A stretch of 64,000 nt of DNA from Alphaproteobacteria bacterium. GTDB lineage: Bacteria; Pseudomonadota; Alphaproteobacteria; Rs-D84. Shown one piece after another: positions 9,805 to 20,853 of this stretch. How positions within the stretch are numbered: position 1 is the first letter of the stretch; every line of letters begins with the position of its first letter. Below the pieces are notes generated by a model, which saw only the letters and a list, made by a program, of their open reading frames with translations, was not told the DNA's origin and ran no database searches. Both the position numbers and the translations under genes were made by a program. The stretch is taken from positions 112,940 through 176,939 of the forward strand of contig JAWPOE010000008.1 in the NCBI GenBank assembly GCA_033345195.1, in the 5' to 3' direction.

Positions 9805-11448
9805 TTAATTTTTTACACGTCGTAAAACAACCATTATTCCCGCCGGCGTCATACCAGGTATACGTGAAAGGGCGGCAATATTTTCTGGACGCGTGGCGTT
9901 TAATTTTTCAATTAATTCGTTTGTTAAGCCGGGCAGGGAATCATACTTAAAATCGACCGGTATTTTCAACATTGCATCGCGTTTGTATGCCGCAATTTCA
10001 CGTTCGTTGCGCGCGATATAGCCGGCATAGAATTTATCATTTTGGGCGATTACTTCTGATTTACGTGATAACTTTTCTTGATACGATTTGTCACTGATTA
10101 ACCCCAGTTTTACGCCAATTGGTCCCAAACGGGCAATTGCATTATCAGAACGCAATGACAAACGATATTCTGCACGCGATGTAAACATACGATACGGTTC
10201 ATCAACCCCCAATGTTGTTATATCATCAATCAATACACCAATCATAGAGTTGGTTCTATCAATTTCCAGTGCGTCCACACCCAATGCATACGCCGCAGCA
10301 TTTGCACCTGCAACCAACCCCTGGGCAGCAGCTTCTTCATAGCCAGATGTGCCATTGATTTGACCGGCAAAGAACATGTGTGAAATATTCTTGGATTGTA
10401 ATTTATTATTTAATGCGCGCGCATCAATTGCATCGTATTCGATTGCGTAACCGTATCTGACAATTTCTGCATTTTCCAAACCTGGGATTGTGCGAATCCA
10501 TTTATCTTGAACGTCACTGCCAAAACTGGTTGATATACCATTTGGATATATCAGGTCGCTGTTCCAACCTTCTGGTTCAAGAAAGACATGGTGCGTTTTA
10601 TGGTCTGGGAAACGCATAACCTTGTCTTCTAAGCTGGGGCAATAACGCGGACCTGTGCCACGAATATCGCCGTTATACATTGGTGCATTTGTTATGTTTT
10701 CACGAATAACATCATGCGTGTGTTCTGTGGTATGCGTAATATAACAAACACTGTCATAATTATTATTTACATCACCATCACTGAACCAATCATGTGGGGT
10801 GTCGCCAGGCTGAACCTCGCACACGGAAAAATCAATCGAATCTTTTTTAATGCGTGCAGGTGTACCCGTTTTCAGTCGTAATAAATCAAACCCAGAATCG
10901 CGCAATACGCCAGAAATATGTGTATCAGGCGATTGATAAGTCCCATCATCTTGCAGACGACCAGATGGAATCTTTTCATTACCACGTGTCACCAAACCGC
11001 CTAAAAAAGTACCAGTTGTTAAAACAATTGCGTTGGCAGAATACGTTTGGTTAACAGTTTTGTTTTTTATATCCAAATCAATAACCGGTTCATATTTTAC
11101 CGTTAAATTTTCATCGTGTGATAAAATATCAACAATCGCGTCATGATATAAGTTACGGTCGATTTGTGCACGTAATGCCTGGGTTGCGGCACCATGCGAT
11201 GCATTTAGTGTACGCCAATGAATTCCCGCCCGATCCGCGGCGCGTGGCATAACGCCACCCAACGCGTCCATTTCGGCGACCATTTGGGATTTACCAGGTC
11301 CACCAATACTGGGGTTGCACGACAACGCCCCCAGGTCAGATTTTGCCTGGGTTAACAGTAATGTTTTTGCCCCACGACGTGCAGACGCGGATGCCGCTTC
11401 GACACCCGCGTGTCCACCACCAATAACAATTACATCATATTTTTTCAT
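9805..11448 (-). CDS. mnmG: tRNA uridine 5-carboxymethylaminomethyl modification enzyme MnmG (GidA)
   Basis: FAD-binding N-terminus MKKYDVIVIGGGHAG and length typical of GidA. Start placed at the ATG overlapping the fabG stop (TAATG). Confidence 0.9.
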   Translation of the reverse strand: MKKYDVIVIGGGHAGVEAASASARRGAKTLLLTQAKSDLGALSCNPSIGGPGKSQMVAEMDALGGVMPRAADRAGIHWRTLNASHGAATQALRAQIDRNLYHDAIVDILSHDENLTVKYEPVIDLDIKNKTVNQTYSANAIVLTTGTFLGGLVTRGNEKIPSGRLQDDGTYQSPDTHISGVLRDSGFDLLRLKTGTPARIKKDSIDFSVCEVQPGDTPHDWFSDGDVNNNYDSVCYITHTTEHTHDVIRENITNAPMYNGDIRGTGPRYCPSLEDKVMRFPDHKTHHVFLEPEGWNSDLIYPNGISTSFGSDVQDKWIRTIPGLENAEIVRYGYAIEYDAIDARALNNKLQSKNISHMFFAGQINGTSGYEEAAAQGLVAGANAAAYALGVDALEIDRTNSMIGVLIDDITTLGVDEPYRMFTSRAEYRLSLRSDNAIARLGPIGVKLGLISDKSYQEKLSRKSEVIAQNDKFYAGYIARNEREIAAYKRDAMLKIPVDFKYDSLPGLTNELIEKLNATRPENIAALSRIPGMTPAGIMVVLRRVKN

Positions 11449-12176
11449 TAAAAACGTCCCATACCGCCGTTTACATGCAATGTTTGACCGTTGATGTATG
11501 ACGCTTCTTCGCTGGCCAAGAATACACATGCGTTTGCAATATCTTCGGGTTCACCAAAACGACCCGCTGGGATTTGTGACAGGTATGTCTTTTTCAATTC
11601 TTCGGGTAAAACGTCAGTCATTGGGGTTTTGATAAAGCCCGGCGCAATTGCATTTGCAGTGATACCACGTGATGCAACCTCGGCTGCGATTGATTTTGTC
11701 ATTGCAATCATGCCACCTTTACTTGCCGCATAGTTTGCCTGGCCCGGACCACCAATTGTACCGATAATGGACGCCATGTTTATAATACGACCATAGCGAT
11801 TTTTCATCATTGGCATAATTACCGCACGACACATCTTGAAACAAGAACGCAGGTTTGTGTTTATAACATCATCAAATTGTTCGTCCGTCATACGCATTAA
11901 CAAAGTATCTTTGGTAATACCGGCGTTGTTAATTAAGATATCAATCTTGCCAGCCTTGTCAATTGTATCCATGATTAATTCAACCGCACCACCATCTGAT
12001 GCAAGATCACATGGAATCTTGATATAATCATCACCAAATTCTGCATCCATTTTTGCAACATTACGACCAGATACAACAACCGTTGCGCCGGCTGCCTTCA
12101 TCTTTTTTGCAATTGCAACACCAATACCACCTGTTGCGCCTGTGATTAATGCAACACGTCCTGTTAAATCAAACAT
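11448..12176 (-). CDS. fabG: 3-oxoacyl-ACP reductase FabG
   Basis: SDR motifs TGATGGIG and YxxxK. Downstream of fabD. Confidence 0.9.
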   Translation of the reverse strand: MFDLTGRVALITGATGGIGVAIAKKMKAAGATVVVSGRNVAKMDAEFGDDYIKIPCDLASDGGAVELIMDTIDKAGKIDILINNAGITKDTLLMRMTDEQFDDVINTNLRSCFKMCRAVIMPMMKNRYGRIINMASIIGTIGGPGQANYAASKGGMIAMTKSIAAEVASRGITANAIAPGFIKTPMTDVLPEELKKTYLSQIPAGRFGEPEDIANACVFLASEEASYINGQTLHVNGGMGRF

Positions 12177-12178
12177 AA

Positions 12179-13054
12179 CTATATCTCCATCTTCTTTGCG
12201 TTAATTTTATCTGTAATGCGTGAACACAAACCTGTTAAAACAGAACCTGGTCCAACCTCTATCATATCTGTGATACCAATATTCGCCATTTCCAACACAC
12301 TTTCGCGCCAGCGCACACCATGCGTCATTTGATAAACAAGCGCGTCTTTGATTTCGTTAATATCGGTTATCGGGGTACATGTCTTGTTTGAAATTAATGG
12401 CACAGATGGTGCAACCATTTTTACACTTTCCAACGCTGCGCGCATTGCGTCGGCCGCAGGCTGCTGAATCCGGCAATGAACCGGCACAGATAACGCCAAC
12501 GGCATTGCACGTTTTGCGCCTGCATCCTTGGCCGCCGCCATTGTTTGTTCTACGACATCTTTGGCACCAGAAATTACAACCTGGCCCGGGGAATTGTCGT
12601 TCGCAACATCACAGTCTGTTTTGGCGCATATTTCACGCAATACATCAATATCCAAACCCAAAACAACTGCGGTTAAACCATGACCCACCGGAACAGCCGT
12701 CTGCATTGCATTGCCACGTGCACGCAACAATTTTGCAGTATCACCAACACTTAATGCGCCGGCCGCACATAATGCCGTATATTCACCCAATGAATGTCCC
12801 GCAACATATTCTGGAATTGACGCACCAGATGCACGCAACATTGCAATTGACGTTGCCATAATTGCAGGCTGAACATTTGCAGTCAGGGTTAATTCATCCA
12901 TCGGGCCATTAAAAATAATATCTGATAATTTTTCGCCAAGAGCATCGTCAACTTCGTCAAACACCGCACGTGCCGCAGCATTGTTTTCATACAGTTCACG
13001 TCCCATGCCGACAGATTGTGCGCCTTGGCCCGGGAAAACAAATATTGATGACAT
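12179..13054 (-). CDS. fabD: Malonyl-CoA-ACP transacylase FabD
   Basis: Motifs FPGQGAQ and GHSLGE. Confidence 0.9.
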   Translation of the reverse strand: MSSIFVFPGQGAQSVGMGRELYENNAAARAVFDEVDDALGEKLSDIIFNGPMDELTLTANVQPAIMATSIAMLRASGASIPEYVAGHSLGEYTALCAAGALSVGDTAKLLRARGNAMQTAVPVGHGLTAVVLGLDIDVLREICAKTDCDVANDNSPGQVVISGAKDVVEQTMAAAKDAGAKRAMPLALSVPVHCRIQQPAADAMRAALESVKMVAPSVPLISNKTCTPITDINEIKDALVYQMTHGVRWRESVLEMANIGITDMIEVGPGSVLTGLCSRITDKINAKKMEI

Positions 13055-13083
13055 ATATAACCTTTTGTTAAATTCAATTCAGA

Positions 13084-13623
13084 TTATACTTTGCGAATAC
13101 TAAATTCGCAACCGCAATAATTCTGACGATAAAAATCAGATTCACGATTAATTTGTACACGTAAACCTTCGTCCCACTTTATTGGCAAATATCGAATATC
13201 AGAACATTCCGTTTGGGCGGCGACGTCAACCTGACTTTGGTCTTTGTGACGCGACACACCCAGGACACTTGCAATTGCGTTATATCCGTTTTCACGTGCA
13301 AATTTTACCGCACGGCGAAACCGATATTCAAAACAAACCGAACAACGCGCACCACGTTCAGGTTCCATTTCCAGACCACGTACGGCGTCACGCCACGCGT
13401 CATGGTCGTATTCCAAAACCACATATTTCGCACCAATACTTTCACAATATTTAATTTGTTCGCGCATACGCTTGGTATATTCTGATTCTGGGAAAATATT
13501 TGGGTTATAAAACAGAACGATAAAGTCAGATACATCTGGGATTGCGCGGTCTGCCAACTGCTTAATTGCACCCGCCGAACATGGTGCACAGCACGACAAT
13601 AAAACGACACGCAATCCCGACAT
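13084..13623 (-). CDS. queH: Epoxyqueuosine reductase QueH (DUF208)
   Basis: Cysteine motifs LLSCCAPCS and CGCEF characteristic of QueH. Start trimmed to MSGLRVVLL so the gene does not run into the metG stop. Confidence 0.65.
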   Translation of the reverse strand: MSGLRVVLLSCCAPCSAGAIKQLADRAIPDVSDFIVLFYNPNIFPESEYTKRMREQIKYCESIGAKYVVLEYDHDAWRDAVRGLEMEPERGARCSVCFEYRFRRAVKFARENGYNAIASVLGVSRHKDQSQVDVAAQTECSDIRYLPIKWDEGLRVQINRESDFYRQNYCGCEFSIRKV

Positions 13624-13624
13624 A

Positions 13625-15613
13625 TTATTTATATTCCGAACCAATTTCGACGTCAGCCCCCAGTTCGATGATATTATCACCGTCATCACCAACGCCCAGT
13701 TCCAATGCACTGCACATCATGCCAAATGATTCAACACCGGCAACAGTGCGTTGCGACATAGGCTTTTTCATGCCGGGTAATTTTGAACCAACAGGTGCCA
13801 AAACACCACGCAAACCAACGTGTACATTTGGTGCACCGCATACAATTTGAATGTTTTCATCGCCGCCCGCGTTCACAGATAAAACATGCAAGTTTTCACG
13901 CGTGGGGTGATTTTCAACACTTACAATTTCTGCAACAACAGGTTTTGGTGTCGTGTCTTCTTTTTTTACGGTATATTTTTCTGTCATTTGTGCAATCTTG
14001 TCATCATCAATACGATTAAACAAGTTTTCAGGAACCGTAAATTCGTCGCCGTCTTTTATACGATGTTCGTATTCTGTTGGCCACGACAAATCGTGTGTTG
14101 GATTAAATATATTCTGCATTTTTGCGGCAGTTTCTGGAATAAATGGAGACGACACACGTGCAAACAAATCAATCATCTGGAAACATTCGTTCAATACCGC
14201 ACCCGCAGTCGCCATATCACCATTCTTTACCAATGCCCATGGTTCCATTTTGGTCATATATTCATTTCCAATCGCGTACAGACCACGTAATGCCGATATT
14301 GATTTGCGGAATTCACACGCGTCCAGCGCATCTGTTAATTCTGCAATCTTTGCATTAAGCTCGCTTTCTAAATCTGGGTTGTGTGCGCCAGATTTTGGAA
14401 CATTGTTGCCAAAATTCTTGGCTGTTAATTTGCAAACACGCGACACAAAGTTCCCCAACATGCCGTTCAAGTCTTTGTTTACAATATCTGCGAAACGTTC
14501 AATGGTAAAATCTGTGTCGTCTGTTTCTGGGGCAGACGCGATTAACGCATAACGCCAGTAATCAGCGGGCAATTCCTGAACCGCGTCGTTCAAGAAAACA
14601 CCATTGCCCGTGGATTTTGATATTTTCGCACCATTCATATTTAAAAAATTCATACCCTTTAACACATCAACCGTTTTCCAGTTGTCATTCATCGCCAATT
14701 CTTGAGATGGAAAGAATATAGAATGGAATGAAATATTATCTTTGCCCATAAATTGGGTATAGTGAACATCGTCACCACCGTGCCACCATTCTGCCCAGTT
14801 TTCATTTGCCGCCTGGGAAATAGAAACATAGCCCCATGGCGCATCAAACCAAACATAGAAAACCTTGTTTTCATACCCCGGCTTGTTAACAGGGATTCCC
14901 CATTTCAGGTCGCGTGTAATCGGACTGTCATGCAGACCTTCGTCCAGCCATTTATTTGCAATTGCCAATGCTGTTTTCGGCCAACCAACACGCGAATTAA
15001 TCCATTCGCGCAGTTTGTCTTGCATTTCGCTTGATTTAAAATACATGTGTTTTGTTTCGCGCATTTCCACAGGTGAATCAGGCGTAATTGCACTGTGCGG
15101 ATTAATCAACTGTTCTGGTTCCAGGGTTGCGCCACATTTGTCACATTCGTTCCCATATGCACCATCATGGCCACATTTTGGACATGTGCCGATAACAAAT
15201 CGGTCAGCCAAAAACATTTCGTCTTTGACGGAATACGGCTGAACAGATGTTTTTTCAACCAACATATTTTGTTCTTGCAGGCGTTCAAACAATTTCTGAA
15301 TTAATTGTTCGTGTAATTTTGTATGTGTACGACCATATGTATCAAAAGACAAATTAAAATCACGAACAGACTGTTCATGCGCAGCACGATATTTATCAAC
15401 ATATTCAGCAACAGGGATACCTTCTTTCAGGGCGCCAATTTCACTGGCCGTGCCATGTTCATCAGACCCACATACAAACAAAACATCACGTCCACGTGCG
15501 CGACAAAAACGTGCATACACATCTGACGGCAACCAACAACCAATTAAATGTCCAATATGCAGGTTATTGTTCACGTATGGTAATGCAGATGTAATCAGGT
15601 ATTTCTTTGCCAT
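13625..15613 (-). CDS. metG: Methionyl-tRNA synthetase with C-terminal tRNA-binding (EMAP-like) domain
   Basis: Class I HIGH (HIGHL) and KMSKS (KISKS) motifs and a zinc knuckle CPKCGH...CDKCG. Start at MAKKYLITSALPY. Confidence 0.9.
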   Translation of the reverse strand: MAKKYLITSALPYVNNNLHIGHLIGCWLPSDVYARFCRARGRDVLFVCGSDEHGTASEIGALKEGIPVAEYVDKYRAAHEQSVRDFNLSFDTYGRTHTKLHEQLIQKLFERLQEQNMLVEKTSVQPYSVKDEMFLADRFVIGTCPKCGHDGAYGNECDKCGATLEPEQLINPHSAITPDSPVEMRETKHMYFKSSEMQDKLREWINSRVGWPKTALAIANKWLDEGLHDSPITRDLKWGIPVNKPGYENKVFYVWFDAPWGYVSISQAANENWAEWWHGGDDVHYTQFMGKDNISFHSIFFPSQELAMNDNWKTVDVLKGMNFLNMNGAKISKSTGNGVFLNDAVQELPADYWRYALIASAPETDDTDFTIERFADIVNKDLNGMLGNFVSRVCKLTAKNFGNNVPKSGAHNPDLESELNAKIAELTDALDACEFRKSISALRGLYAIGNEYMTKMEPWALVKNGDMATAGAVLNECFQMIDLFARVSSPFIPETAAKMQNIFNPTHDLSWPTEYEHRIKDGDEFTVPENLFNRIDDDKIAQMTEKYTVKKEDTTPKPVVAEIVSVENHPTRENLHVLSVNAGGDENIQIVCGAPNVHVGLRGVLAPVGSKLPGMKKPMSQRTVAGVESFGMMCSALELGVGDDGDNIIELGADVEIGSEYK

Positions 15614-15705
15614 TTTTGTCGTCCTTTTTATATTTATTTCGCCAAAATTATAAAACATATTTTAGATAAATCAATATTTATGAAAAATGCAGATTTTATG
15701 CGTAT

Positions 15706-16347
15706 CTATTTTGCAATTGGGCAATATTTTGCGACAGGGCATTTATCACACTTTGGTCGCAGTGCAGTACACACATACCGACCATGTAAAACCATTACAT
15801 GATTTACAATTGGGTGATATTTTTTTGGAATTTTTTTCAATAATTTTAATTCAACCTTTTCTGGGGTATTGTCTGCGTCATCGACCCAACCGTATCTGTG
15901 TGCATTGCGGAAAACATGCGTATCCACGCCGATGTTTGGCGCACCCCACAGGACATTACACACAACATTTGCAGTCTTTTGTCCAATGCCAGGCAATTTC
16001 ATCAATTCGTCGCGATTATGATATTTGGTTGGGAATTTATCGGTCATATTTTCGGCATGTAACCGTTCCGACAATGCGATAATATTTTTTGCCTTGTTAT
16101 TAAAGAAAGAAATGACCCGAATATGTTCTTTTAATCCGTCCAAGCCCAATGCCAACATTTTTTCAGGCGTGGGCGCAACAGAAAATAGGGCGGGTGTCAC
16201 TTCGTTCACTTTTTTATCTGTTGCCTGGGCGGATAGTATCACCGCCACCGCAAAATTAAATTCGTTTGTATGAAACAGTTCCGACCGTATCGTCATATCA
16301 ACGGTCGGCGGAACCATTTCAAAATATTGTGCCGGTGTAAGTGACAT
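15706..16347 (-). CDS. nth: Endonuclease III (DNA glycosylase/AP lyase)
   Basis: HhH-GPD fold and C-terminal 4Fe-4S cluster loop CTALRPKCDKCPVAKYC. Confidence 0.9.
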   Translation of the reverse strand: MSLTPAQYFEMVPPTVDMTIRSELFHTNEFNFAVAVILSAQATDKKVNEVTPALFSVAPTPEKMLALGLDGLKEHIRVISFFNNKAKNIIALSERLHAENMTDKFPTKYHNRDELMKLPGIGQKTANVVCNVLWGAPNIGVDTHVFRNAHRYGWVDDADNTPEKVELKLLKKIPKKYHPIVNHVMVLHGRYVCTALRPKCDKCPVAKYCPIAK

Positions 16348-16380
16348 TTATTTCATCTTTATTTTGCCATAACTTACTCC

Positions 16381-19300
16381 TTATGCCTTTTTAACAGAAA
16401 TCGACAGTTCATAACCTTCGATATCTTTGGTGTATTCACCATCGCCATTTTGCATTTCAACAACCAACGCATCACGCATAATGCGACGTTTGTGTTGTTC
16501 AATCGCATTTGCCAGGGCAGGATCTGCATTATATGTCAACACAATACGGTCAGATACATCCAGCCCCGCCACCTTGCGCGTGTCTTGGATAAAGCGCAAT
16601 GCATCGTTCGCCAATCCTTCGGCCACCAAATCTGCTGTCACATTTGTATCCAGAACGACAACCGCCGTATTATCTGGCAGGGTTGCACCCGTCACACCCG
16701 GCTTTACCGTCAGACGATTTTCAAATTCGTCCGAATTTAATTCGTGACCAGACGCAATTAATTTATCGCCCACGATTTCATAATCGCCACGCTTTACCGA
16801 TGGGATGATTTCCTTTAATGCACCACCCAAACGTGCGCCAATTTTTGGTGTAATCAGATATATAAAACTATCCGCAACATCGTTAAAGGTTTCATTGAAT
16901 TTCACTGATTTTACGTTCAATTCATCTTTGATAATGTCTGCGTATTCAGGCATATTTGTACCTGCAACCGTCAGTGAATTCAATGGCAGACGATTGCGCA
17001 ATTTGTATTCTTCGCGCAACTGTTTGCCGGTTGATACAATTGATTGCACACGACGCATGTCATCAACGATTTTTTCATCTACTTTTTCTGATTCTGGGAA
17101 CGTGGTCAGGTGTACAGATTCATCCCCTGTCAGGTTTTTATAGATATGTTCCGCAACAAATGGCGCAAATGGTGCCAATACGCGACAAAAGCGCACCAAT
17201 ACCGTATACAACGTATCAAATGCATCCTGTTCTTCGTCCCAGAAACGTGCGCGACCGCGTCTGATGTACCAGTTGTTTAGAATGTCCAAGAATCGTACAA
17301 ATTCCTTGATTGCGACATCTGGCTTGTATTCATCCAACGCATTTTTAACCATATCGACCAACACATTTAATTCTGCCAAAATGTATTTATCTAGTGGATT
17401 TGTTGGACTTGTTATTTCTTGTGCGGTCACGTTTCCTGCATTTGCATACAAGGTAAAGAAGTGATATGCGTTCCACAGTGGTGTTTGAATTGTTTTGGTT
17501 GATTCAACGAATACCTTGCCTTCTTTGTCAACTGGGACAGGTTCTGCCTTCATAAAATTAGAACCCAAGATATACAGGCGAACTGCATCTGCGCCATACT
17601 GTTCGATTTGTTCGCTGGGGTCAACAAAATTGCGCAATGATTTTGAGAATTTCTTTTTATTTTCATCAACAACCATACCATTGGCAGACACCGCCCGGAA
17701 TGCAGGTTTATCAAACAGGGCAGTTGCCAGCACCATCAGCGCATAAAACCAACCACGTGTTTGGTCTTGACCTTCGATAATATAATCTGCGGGGAATGTT
17801 GCTTCGAACTTATCTTGGTTTTCAAACGGATAATGCAGTGATGCCCATGGCATTGAACCACTTTCCACCCAGCAATCTAAAACATCTGGGATACGTGTCC
17901 AACCGTCGCGCGTTAATTTATCCAATGTTGGACGATGTAAATCATTGACAGGAACACCAAAGAAATCTTCCAGTTCTGCGATTGAACCGAATATTTTATA
18001 TTCCCCATCCCGTTCCCAAATTGGCAATGGCATACCCCAGAAACGATTGCGTGAAATTGACCACGGGCGTGCGTTTTCAATCCACATGCGGAAACGTTCA
18101 CCGGCACTTGTCCAATTAACCAGATTGTTATTAGCAATTAATTTGTCTTTGATTTTTGGCACGTCGATATACCAAGAATCTGTCGCGCGCTGAATCAGTT
18201 TTTGTTTGCTGCGGTCGCCAAATGGATACGAATGTTTATACTGTTCTTTTTTGATCAACTTTCCATTTGTTTTTAACCATTCCATGATTTTTGGTGTGGC
18301 ATCAAAAATATTTTCACCGGCAAAATCGATTACTGTTTCATCAAAATTACCATATGTATCAACATTTAATAATACTGGGAATTTTGGGTCGATGTTTTTC
18401 GCCGCCCAAAAGTCTTCGGCACCATAGGCCGGCGCAATATGAACAATACCCGTACCATCTGAATCGGAAACATAGTCGGCTGGGATAACCTGGAATAATA
18501 AATCAGACTGACCCGCATAGTATGGGAATAATGGTGTATAATGTTTGCCAACCAGGTCTGCGCCAGATACGCGACCTATTTCTGTTGTTGTGGCAAATTG
18601 TTTTTCATATGTTTTCAAGCGGCTTTCTGCAACAACATAAACAGCCCCGTCCGTGTCTTGCATACGTAGATATGTCATGTTTGGATTAACCGCCAATGCA
18701 CTGTTTGCAGGCAATGTCCATGGTGTTGTTGTCCATGCAATCACACGGTCACCATTTTCCAGTTCGAACCAAACAGTCACAGCATCATCAACAATTTCAC
18801 GATAGTCACTGGATGCTTCGGAATTAGAAATAACCGTGCCATTTACCCAGTCATATGGATTAACACTATAATCTTTGTACAACAGACCCTTTTCATACAA
18901 AGACTTTAATGTCCACAACATGGATTCCATATAGTTTTTATCCATTGTTTTATACCCATACCCATCGCCAATATCAACCCAGCGACCCATACGGGTAATA
19001 AACGCATTCCACTCATTTGTATACGTCATAACGTCACTGCGACACATGTCACAGAATGCAGAAATTCCATCACTGGCAACAATATCCTTGGCAGACTTGC
19101 CAACCTTTTTCTCGACCGAGTTTTCTGCCGGCAATCCATGACAATCCCACCCCAATTCACGATTAACATGGCGACCACACATGGTCTGAAAGCGCGATAC
19201 CATATCTTTGACAACAGATACCCCCAAATGCCCCCAGTGTGGTTTACCATTGGCAAAAGGTGGCCCGTCAAAGAATGAAAAAGGACGACCTGATTTGGTT

Positions 19301-19404
19301 TTATCCAAAGATTTATGAAATGTGTTGTTTTCACGCCAATACGATAATACCGCCTGTTCCATTTCTGGAAAGTTTGCACGTGGGTCTGTTTTTGGATATG
19401 ACAT
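16381..19404 (-). CDS. ileS: Isoleucyl-tRNA synthetase (type 2 / eukaryote-like)
   Basis: HIGH-region variant PFANGKPHWGHL, KMSKS variant KFSKSL, 1007 aa. Confidence 0.95.
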   Translation of the reverse strand: MSYPKTDPRANFPEMEQAVLSYWRENNTFHKSLDKTKSGRPFSFFDGPPFANGKPHWGHLGVSVVKDMVSRFQTMCGRHVNRELGWDCHGLPAENSVEKKVGKSAKDIVASDGISAFCDMCRSDVMTYTNEWNAFITRMGRWVDIGDGYGYKTMDKNYMESMLWTLKSLYEKGLLYKDYSVNPYDWVNGTVISNSEASSDYREIVDDAVTVWFELENGDRVIAWTTTPWTLPANSALAVNPNMTYLRMQDTDGAVYVVAESRLKTYEKQFATTTEIGRVSGADLVGKHYTPLFPYYAGQSDLLFQVIPADYVSDSDGTGIVHIAPAYGAEDFWAAKNIDPKFPVLLNVDTYGNFDETVIDFAGENIFDATPKIMEWLKTNGKLIKKEQYKHSYPFGDRSKQKLIQRATDSWYIDVPKIKDKLIANNNLVNWTSAGERFRMWIENARPWSISRNRFWGMPLPIWERDGEYKIFGSIAELEDFFGVPVNDLHRPTLDKLTRDGWTRIPDVLDCWVESGSMPWASLHYPFENQDKFEATFPADYIIEGQDQTRGWFYALMVLATALFDKPAFRAVSANGMVVDENKKKFSKSLRNFVDPSEQIEQYGADAVRLYILGSNFMKAEPVPVDKEGKVFVESTKTIQTPLWNAYHFFTLYANAGNVTAQEITSPTNPLDKYILAELNVLVDMVKNALDEYKPDVAIKEFVRFLDILNNWYIRRGRARFWDEEQDAFDTLYTVLVRFCRVLAPFAPFVAEHIYKNLTGDESVHLTTFPESEKVDEKIVDDMRRVQSIVSTGKQLREEYKLRNRLPLNSLTVAGTNMPEYADIIKDELNVKSVKFNETFNDVADSFIYLITPKIGARLGGALKEIIPSVKRGDYEIVGDKLIASGHELNSDEFENRLTVKPGVTGATLPDNTAVVVLDTNVTADLVAEGLANDALRFIQDTRKVAGLDVSDRIVLTYNADPALANAIEQHKRRIMRDALVVEMQNGDGEYTKDIEGYELSISVKKA

Positions 19405-19632
19405 AATGAATACTCCGTATAATTATCTGTTTTACTATTAAAAAAAAGGCGCCCATGCGCCCCAGCCACCGCAGAAGCGCAGTTGCCAGTTATTTAATAA
19501 TAATTATTGTTGTTTGTTTCATGTTGTGCATAATACAACTTAAAAACATAAAATACAAGTTTTTTATCTATAATGTCTAAACAATGAAAGAACACCGGTA
19601 AATGCCGGTGTTTTTTAACATTTTTATTTATA

Positions 19633-20853
19633 TTATCGACGTGGTCCACGCATTGGATTCATGCCGCCTTGTTTGTTTGTATTGGAACTTAACATACCGA
19701 CACGACCAACGATAACCTTGTCACCCAATTCAATTTCATCAGAAATAATTTCCGTTTCTGTTGCGGTTGACAACCCCTTGGAATACGGAATCATAACGAC
19801 ATCTTCGGCGCGCAATATCGCCAAATGTGTCACAGGTGATGCACCATTTGTTTGTTCTTCGTCCAAGAAATTCTTGAAATCACGAACCAAGAATGCAGCA
19901 TTCTGGGTTTTCCACACATTATCACGTTCAGAAATAATAATTGTCACAAAGGCAGTCATCCCAGGCATTAAACGCAAATCAGAATTATCAACGTCAATAA
20001 CCACGGTGTATACAACAACATTGGATGTTGTCGTTGGGGCCAAACGTACCTGGCGTACAATACCGTCAAATTCTTCGGTTGGGTATGCGTCAACAGTAAA
20101 AGTGACAGGTTGACCTTCTTTGATGACACCAATGTCAGCCTCAGACACTGATGTTTCGATTTGCATTTTTGTTAAATCTTCGGCAATTTCGAACAGGTCC
20201 GGGGTTTGGAAAGATGCTGCAACCGTTTGACCAACATCAACCTTGCGCGAGATGACAGTTCCATCAACAGGTGATGTAATTGTTGCATACCCCAAATTTG
20301 TGACCGCACGGTCATATGTAGACTGGGCACGTTTTACAGACTGTTCTGACTGTTCATATTGGGTCTGGGACTGTTCCATTTCGGCGCGGGCAATCATGCC
20401 ACCATCATATAACATTTTGTTACGTTCATATTCGTTCTTGGCAAAATTACGCTGAGATATCGCACTGTCCAGTGATGCCTTGGACTCATCAACAGAGGCC
20501 TGTAATACAGATGGCTCTATCGTTAACAAAATATCGCCTTTTTTAACCTTGGAATTAAAATCGACATACAGATTATCGATTGTACCAGAAACCTGGGAAC
20601 CAACGTTTACGGTATTTACAGGCTGAATTTCACCGGTTGCAGTCACAACCTGGCGCAGGTCGCCACGTGTAATGTTTAACGTGATAAATTCACCAGGCTT
20701 TTTATTAGATGTACCAATCCATATCCATGCACCAATTACCAAAACCAGCGCAATTAACACCCACCATTTTCTACGCCACAGCCATCCAAAAACGCGACCG
20801 AAAAATGATGGCTTTTTGCCGGTGTTTGCCGGTGCTTTAATTGTTTTCTTCAT
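19633..20853 (-). CDS. Periplasmic adaptor (membrane fusion protein) of the HlyD/MacA family
   Basis: N-terminal TM anchor followed by coiled-coil, lipoyl and beta-barrel segments. Overlaps and is co-oriented with the downstream-encoded TolC-like gene. Confidence 0.8.
   Translation of the reverse strand: MKKTIKAPANTGKKPSFFGRVFGWLWRRKWWVLIALVLVIGAWIWIGTSNKKPGEFITLNITRGDLRQVVTATGEIQPVNTVNVGSQVSGTIDNLYVDFNSKVKKGDILLTIEPSVLQASVDESKASLDSAISQRNFAKNEYERNKMLYDGGMIARAEMEQSQTQYEQSEQSVKRAQSTYDRAVTNLGYATITSPVDGTVISRKVDVGQTVAASFQTPDLFEIAEDLTKMQIETSVSEADIGVIKEGQPVTFTVDAYPTEEFDGIVRQVRLAPTTTSNVVVYTVVIDVDNSDLRLMPGMTAFVTIIISERDNVWKTQNAAFLVRDFKNFLDEEQTNGASPVTHLAILRAEDVVMIPYSKGLSTATETEIISDEIELGDKVIVGRVGMLSSNTNKQGGMNPMRGPRR

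Noticed and set aside
12379-12861. 160-aa + strand ORF inside fabD
   Set aside because: Antisense to a well-conserved gene. His/Pro/Leu-rich nonsense composition.
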